The notes below the pieces were generated by a model that was given only the letters and a program-made list of their open reading frames with translations, had not been told where the DNA came from and searched no databases. Source: Myxococcota bacterium (lineage in GTDB: Bacteria; Myxococcota; UBA4151). Taken from it: 13,122 nucleotides of DNA. Positions within the stretch are counted from its first letter, which is position 1, and every line of letters starts with the position of its first letter. Shown here piece after piece: positions 8,172-13,122 of the stretch. The stretch lies in NCBI GenBank assembly GCA_036338695.1, contig JAYZBQ010000031.1:1-13122 (forward strand). Reading direction: 5' to 3'. Both the position numbers and the translations under genes were made by a program.

Positions 8172-9355
8172 GGCTTAACCCCCAACGCAGCCAACCCAGG
8201 CAGCGTCTTTCCTTCCAAGAGTTCAAGGCTTGCGCCGCCGCCGGTCGAGACGTGATCGATGGCGCCGGCCAGCCCCGTCTGATTGATCGCTGCGACCGAG
8301 TCGCCACCCCCCACCACGGTCAACCCGTCGCTGTCTGCGGCAGCCTGCGCGACCGCGAGCGTCCCCTTGGCAAAGGGAGCCCACTCGAACACGCCCATCG
8401 GCCCGTTCCAAAAGACGGTCCCGGCGCTCCGGACCGCGTCCGCAAAGACAGCCTGCGTCTGAGGGCCGATATCCAGGCCCATCATGCCCGCTTCGATGTC
8501 GACGCCTGTGGTCACGATCGGCTCAGCGTCTTGGTCGAACGCAGCCGCCACCACATGGTCGGTCGGCAACACCACCTGCACGTTGCGGCGGCGGGCGTCC
8601 TCGAGGACCCCTTCGGCTCGCCGGATCAGCTCGGGCTCAATCCGCGACCCACCCACGTCGACGCCGCGCGCGGCGAGAAAGGTATAGGCCATCGCGCCAC
8701 CGACGATGAGCGTATCCACGCGACGGATGAGGTGATCAAGAACCCCGAGCTTGTCGCTCACCTTCGCCCCACCAAGAACTGCGACAAACGGACGCCGAGA
8801 AGGGTCCAGCAGCTGACCGAGCTCGTCGACCTCACGCTGGACCAGCAAGCCAGGCGCTCGGTGACGTGGCTCAAACAAACGAGCCGCTGCGTCGACAGAG
8901 GCTGCTGCCCGATGACAGACGCCAAAGCCGTCGTTGACATAGCGCTCCGCGAAGCCGGTGAGCTCTTGCGCAAAATCGGCGTCGTTCGCCTTCTCTCCGG
9001 GGTGAAAGCGGAGGTTCTCAAGCAGCAGGACCTGACCATGTCGCTGCGTTCCAATGACGGCTCGCACGTCCTCGCCGACACAGTTCTCGACGAAGATGAC
9101 CTCGAGGTCGCCGACCGCTGCGAGGCGCTCGGCGACCGGCGCCAGGCTGAGCTCCTCGACACGCTGCCCCTTGGGACGCCCAAGGTGACTCGCCAGGACC
9201 GGCATCCCGCCGGCGTCGATGATCGCTTGGATCGTCGGCAGCGCAGCGCGGATCCGCGTGTCGTCTTGAACCGAGCCGTCTCGCAACGGCACGTTGAAGT
9301 CGACGCGCACGAAGACCCGTTTTCCGGCTACATCCAGGCCGTCGAGCTGCACCAT
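8168..9355 (-). CDS. pgk: Phosphoglycerate kinase
   Basis: Motifs RVDFNVPL, ASHLGRPKG, LLENLRF, LGGAKVSDK, WNGPMGVFE, GGGDS and HVSTGGGASLELLEG. Start set to the ATG at 9355, which overlaps the gap stop (TAATG). Confidence 0.97.
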   Translation of the reverse strand: MVQLDGLDVAGKRVFVRVDFNVPLRDGSVQDDTRIRAALPTIQAIIDAGGMPVLASHLGRPKGQRVEELSLAPVAERLAAVGDLEVIFVENCVGEDVRAVIGTQRHGQVLLLENLRFHPGEKANDADFAQELTGFAERYVNDGFGVCHRAAASVDAAARLFEPRHRAPGLLVQREVDELGQLLDPSRRPFVAVLGGAKVSDKLGVLDHLIRRVDTLIVGGAMAYTFLAARGVDVGGSRIEPELIRRAEGVLEDARRRNVQVVLPTDHVVAAAFDQDAEPIVTTGVDIEAGMMGLDIGPQTQAVFADAVRSAGTVFWNGPMGVFEWAPFAKGTLAVAQAAADSDGLTVVGGGDSVAAINQTGLAGAIDHVSTGGGASLELLEGKTLPGLAALGVKP

Positions 9356-10359
9356 TACGCGACCTCCACTCCTCGCAGGTGACGCATCAGGTCGACCACT
9401 CGGCTCGAGAAGCCCCACTCGTTGTCGTACCAGCTAACCACGCGCAGGAGGCCGTCCGAGCCGACCGAAGTGAGCGGCAAGTCAACGATCGAAGAGGCAG
9501 GATGCCCCAAGAAGTCGGAGCTGACACCGTCGTCATTCGATACGGCTAAGGCGCCGGCAAACGAGCGCTTGGAGGCGAGCTCTCGGAACAGCGCGTTCAC
9601 CTCCTCGGCCGACGGGTTGCCCTCGGTACGGACCACAAAGTCCACCAGCGAGACATCGATCACCGGTACCCGCATGGAGAGCCCATGAATGGACCACGGC
9701 ACATCCGGGAAGATCAGCTTGAGCGCCTTGGCGGCGCCCGTCGACGTCGGGATGATGTTCGTGAACGCCGAGCGAGCACGCCGGCGGTCTTTGCTGTGCG
9801 GAAGGTCGAGCAAGTGCTGATCGTTCGTCACCGCGTGGATGGTTGTCATCACACCACCCGTGATCGTGTAGTGCTCATCGAGCGCAGCGACGATCGGCGC
9901 CAAACAGTTGGTCGTGCACGAGGCGGCGCTGATCACTCGCTCCTCACCGGACAACAGGTGATGGTTGACGCCAAAGACCACGGTCTGATCCGCGTCGGTG
10001 CAGGGCGCGCCAACCAGCACGCGCTTGGCGCCCGCGCGACAGTGCCCAAACGCCAAATCGCGCTGGGTAAACCGCCCGGAGACCTCGAGCACCACGTCGA
10101 TGTCGAGCGACGCCCACGGGAGCTGCGCCGGGTCACGCTCAGACAACATCTTCACGCGCTGGCGACCAAAGCTCAGGACACCGTCATCGAACTGGACACC
10201 GTCGACCCGACCGTGCGCTGAATCGTAGCGCAGCAGGTGCACCAACTGCCCATGATCCCCGGGATCATTGATGGCAACTAAATCAATATCTTCTACATCA
10301 CGAAGCAGACGGATCACGCATCGCCCGATGCGCCCCATTCCATTAATCGCTACTCGCAT
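9355..10359 (-). CDS. gap: Type I glyceraldehyde-3-phosphate dehydrogenase
   Basis: Motifs AINGMGRIGR, AIND, SAASCTTNCLAP (catalytic Cys), TIHAVTNDQ, NIIPTSTGAAKA and SWYDNEWG. SD AGGAG at 10370-10374. Sits in the gap-pgk-tpiA operon. Confidence 0.95.
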   Translation of the reverse strand: MRVAINGMGRIGRCVIRLLRDVEDIDLVAINDPGDHGQLVHLLRYDSAHGRVDGVQFDDGVLSFGRQRVKMLSERDPAQLPWASLDIDVVLEVSGRFTQRDLAFGHCRAGAKRVLVGAPCTDADQTVVFGVNHHLLSGEERVISAASCTTNCLAPIVAALDEHYTITGGVMTTIHAVTNDQHLLDLPHSKDRRRARSAFTNIIPTSTGAAKALKLIFPDVPWSIHGLSMRVPVIDVSLVDFVVRTEGNPSAEEVNALFRELASKRSFAGALAVSNDDGVSSDFLGHPASSIVDLPLTSVGSDGLLRVVSWYDNEWGFSSRVVDLMRHLRGVEVA

Positions 10360-10405
10360 CTTTTCTTTACTCCTGCGGCAAAGTCCTCATTTGCCGGGAG
10401 CGCTC

Positions 10406-10603
10406 TTAGGAGCCGGTGCGCGCTGCGTCAACCGTCCCATAGTCCGATGTCACCAACGAGACCATCTCGGCGCTGAGCGCCAGGATCTGTGCCGGAGTGT
10501 AACCGTTGCCTCGTAGCTCTCGGTACAGACTGCGAGCCAGCACATGATGCGCTCGACCGATCGGAGCGTCTGTGAGTCGGTCGACCTCTGCGATAGCGTC
10601 CAT
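10406..10603 (-). CDS. Small hypothetical protein (65 aa)
   Basis: ATG at 10603 is preceded by the purine run GAGGGGGG. Translation MDAIAEVDRLTDAPIGRAHHVLARSLYRELRGNGYTPAQILALSAEMVSLVTSD... suggests a helix-loop-helix with amphipathic helices. It fills the gap between gap and the divergent GT gene. Confidence 0.7.
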   Translation of the reverse strand: MDAIAEVDRLTDAPIGRAHHVLARSLYRELRGNGYTPAQILALSAEMVSLVTSDYGTVDAARTGS

Positions 10604-10761
10604 GATGCCCCCCTCATGAACCCCACCATCGCACAGAGCCAATTGGCGTACAACGCTACTTTGATTTCTCAGCCGAGGCTGCCAACTGTGAAGCCATCGA
10701 CGCAGCAAGCGAGGGTTGGCATTTCGGAGCGCGCACGGCACTAGGGGCGTGGAAGAGGTCC

Positions 10762-11871
10762 ATGCGCTTTCTGTTTACGCTCGCTTACCCCGAATGGACA
10801 GGCCCGGCGGAGCCGATGGCGCAGCTTAGCCTCGACCTCATGGCACGCGGGCACGAGGTGACAATCTGGACCGACGGTAAGCGCCCGGGTGACCTGCATG
10901 AGCGCCTTCTTGAGCTCGGGCTCCAAGCCGAAAAGCCGCTGAACCTGAGCCGAAAATCAGGACCAATTGCCATCGCCCAGGATATCGCCCGAGCAGGCGA
11001 TCTGATGCGAGGGCGCTTTGACTGCGCCGTGACCCATATGAGCGCCGATCAGATGATCCTCGGGCAGACTCGGCGCAGCCATAAGGTGCCGGTGCTGCGG
11101 TACATCCAAAATCTCTCGAGCAACACCACGCGCCCAGGGCGCGGGCTGCTGCTACGCAACGCCGACGCGCTTTTGGTCCCGAGCGACGACCATGCTCAAC
11201 GCGCAGCGCACCTCTCGGGCTTTCCGCCGGCTCGCATCGGCATCCTCCGTGGCGCCATTGACCTCGAGCGGTTTCAGCCGGGCGCGCACGACGCGCTTCG
11301 ACGCAGGATGAACCTTGGCGAGCGCGACCTGTTGCTGATCTCCGTCTCCCGGCAAAAGCCCGAGCGACGCCAGCTTGACCTGCTCGAGGCGCTGGCGCTG
11401 GCGCGCCGAACCCGCAAGGATTTGATGCTCGCCTTTGTCGGGCGCGGCGAGTTTCAGCCCGAGCTCAAGCAAGCGGTTACGCGCCTTGGATTGGACGAGG
11501 CGGTCCTGTTTGCGGGTTACGCCCAAGGCGATGAGCTCAGCCACGCGTTCCAGAGCTGCGACGCCAGCGTCTGGCTCGCCGAAGGCAACGACGGGACCTG
11601 TCGCGCCGTCGGGCAGAGCTTAGCCTCGGGCAAGCCCGTGATCGGCGCTCGCCTGGGCGCTATCACCGATGCGCTCGCGCCGCACACCCTGGCGGGGTGG
11701 CTGTGCAAACCCAAGGACATATCAGGGCTGGCACAGGTGCTGACCAACCTCCCGCAGCGAGAGGAGCTCCATGAGCGCTCAGGTCGCTTACGGTCGATCG
11801 CGCTGGATGAGTGGAGTCCGTCCGCCCGCACCGATCAATTCCTTACGCTCTGCGCCCAGTTTTGCGGCTAG
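10762..11871 (+). CDS. Glycosyltransferase family 4 (GT-B fold)
   Basis: N-terminal TGPAEPMAQLSLDLMARGHEV, GAIDLERFQP, SVSRQKPERRQLDLLEAL, FVGRGE...LGLDEAVLFAGY, and SLASGKPVIGARLGAITD. Confidence 0.88.
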   Translation: MRFLFTLAYPEWTGPAEPMAQLSLDLMARGHEVTIWTDGKRPGDLHERLLELGLQAEKPLNLSRKSGPIAIAQDIARAGDLMRGRFDCAVTHMSADQMILGQTRRSHKVPVLRYIQNLSSNTTRPGRGLLLRNADALLVPSDDHAQRAAHLSGFPPARIGILRGAIDLERFQPGAHDALRRRMNLGERDLLLISVSRQKPERRQLDLLEALALARRTRKDLMLAFVGRGEFQPELKQAVTRLGLDEAVLFAGYAQGDELSHAFQSCDASVWLAEGNDGTCRAVGQSLASGKPVIGARLGAITDALAPHTLAGWLCKPKDISGLAQVLTNLPQREELHERSGRLRSIALDEWSPSARTDQFLTLCAQFCG

Positions 11872-12962
11872 CGCTCGTCTCCATCACGCTTGCGTCGCTT
11901 GCGTGCGCCGGGTGCGCTACGAAGGATGGGAGCCTCTACCAATTCCCTGGCGATGGTCGCAGCCCCGCAAGCAAACAAGACCGGGTCTGGATCGCCGATC
12001 GACCTCGACTCGAGCCCCGGGCGATCCGCCCCACCCAAACCCCCGCTTGGAAGCGAGCGCTGCGGCGTCAGCTGGCCTTGCTCGACCGGCAGAAAGACCG
12101 ATCGGGTGACGTCATCTCGGTAGTCGAGCGTGAGCGAGTTGCGCGTCGGCTCGGCGGCGGGTTGGAGCAGCTTCCGCTCAAGCGGCTCCGCTTCAAGCGG
12201 CTCAAAGGCGACGGAACGAGCAACGTCCAATTCACCGGATACTACACGCCGGTCATCGACGCCAAGCCGCAGGCCGACGACCGCTACCGCTACCCCCTTT
12301 ACGCCTACCCTCGGACTTGGAGCGGTCCAGGGCCTCACCTCAGCCGTCAGCAGATCGACGACCAGGGAGCGCTCGCCGGACGCGGCTTAGAGCTCGCCTA
12401 CACCGCCGACCCATCCGATAATTTCTTCATGCAGGTCCAAGGCTCGGGGATGGTCCGCTACCCTGACGGCTCGCTCGAGATGCTCGCCTATGCAGGCAAG
12501 AATGGGCACGCCTACGTTAGCGTCGGGAGGCTCTTGGTCGAGCGCGGCGTCATCTCAAAGGCCAACATCTCGATGAACAGCATCCGTGCGTGGTGCGCTC
12601 AGGAACGCCAGGCTTGTGCGTCGCTCTACAACGAAAACCCAAGCTACGTCTTTTTCAGGCGAGGTGCGCCGGGCCCCGTCGGCTCGGGCGGCGAAGTCGT
12701 CACAGGGGGCTACTCCGTGGCGGTCGATCCACGCATCATCCCCCTCGGCTCAACCTTGCTCGCCAAGGTGCCCGTGCTGGATACCAGCGCCGTTGCGGTG
12801 GGTCATCAGTGGCGTCTGCTGCTGGCGCAAGACACGGGTGGCGCCATCAAAGGGCCTGCCCACATCGACCTCTACACCGGCGTCGGCGACCGAGCCGCCG
12901 AGGCGGCTCAGGCTCTGCACCACTACGGTCAAGTTTGGTTGATCTTGCCGGCTACCAAGTAA
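11862..12962 (+). CDS. mltA: Membrane-bound lytic murein transglycosylase A (lipoprotein)
   Basis: Motifs FTGYYTPV, FFMQVQGSG, YAGKNGHAYVSVG, NPSYVFF, SVAVDPRIIPLG and the 3D domain AQDTGGAIKGPAHIDLYTG. Start is uncertain: TTG at 11862 gives a compact signal peptide MRLALVSITLASLACAGC with a lipobox, while GTG at 11811 is the longer alternative. Confidence 0.92.
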   Translation: MRLALVSITLASLACAGCATKDGSLYQFPGDGRSPASKQDRVWIADRPRLEPRAIRPTQTPAWKRALRRQLALLDRQKDRSGDVISVVERERVARRLGGGLEQLPLKRLRFKRLKGDGTSNVQFTGYYTPVIDAKPQADDRYRYPLYAYPRTWSGPGPHLSRQQIDDQGALAGRGLELAYTADPSDNFFMQVQGSGMVRYPDGSLEMLAYAGKNGHAYVSVGRLLVERGVISKANISMNSIRAWCAQERQACASLYNENPSYVFFRRGAPGPVGSGGEVVTGGYSVAVDPRIIPLGSTLLAKVPVLDTSAVAVGHQWRLLLAQDTGGAIKGPAHIDLYTGVGDRAAEAAQALHHYGQVWLILPATK

Positions 12963-13122
12963 CCATCGCGCGCATCAGCGCCGTCGACTCAGGCCGCCAT
13001 GAGTCGCTGTTGTCTTGCCAATCCGCATCGACGGCGAAGACGCGCCCCTGACCTAGGTCACGGTAACCCAACTGGACGGCGCCGCTGTCCCAGGCACCGA
13101 GCGGCGTGATGCCGGGAAACTC
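12952..13122 (-). CDS. C-terminal 56 aa of a hypothetical protein entering from the right edge
   Basis: Hand translation of the frame open from 13122 gives EFPGITPLGAWDSGAVQLGYRDLGQGRVFAVDADWQDNSDSWRPESTALMRAMVTW*, with TAG at 12954-12952. Composition is protein-like, third codon positions are GC-rich, and it overlaps the mltA 3' end convergently by 11 nt. Confidence 0.7.
   Translation of the reverse strand, partial: EFPGITPLGAWDSGAVQLGYRDLGQGRVFAVDADWQDNSDSWRPESTALMRAMVTW

Noticed and set aside
10690..10732. Sigma54 promoter in the divergent intergenic region
   Set aside because: The TGGC motifs on both strands lack a GC at the required spacing (10 nt after GG).

Overview
GC-rich bacterial chromosomal segment, probably Myxococcota or a relative (inferred from a MYXO-CTERM-like sorting tag and gene style). 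Most genes are on the minus strand, in transcription order: small hypothetical ORF, gap, pgk, tpiA, secG, tRNA-Leu, an intrinsic terminator, M20 metallopeptidase lipoprotein, small outer-membrane beta-barrel protein, Fur-family regulator, 701-aa Ig/PKD-stalked surface protein with a MYXO-CTERM-like tail, yebC, ruvC and ruvA (partial). On the plus strand, divergently transcribed, are a GT4 glycosyltransferase and the lytic transglycosylase mltA; these converge on a partial minus-strand CDS at the right edge. No mobile element or CRISPR array is seen. The most unusual observation is that the tRNA-Leu in the secG-leuU position, normally anticodon GAG, has anticodon AAG. A34 tRNAs other than Arg(ACG) are rare in bacteria, so this suggests expanded A-to-I (TadA) wobble editing or unmodified-A34 decoding, unless it is a single-base sequence error.
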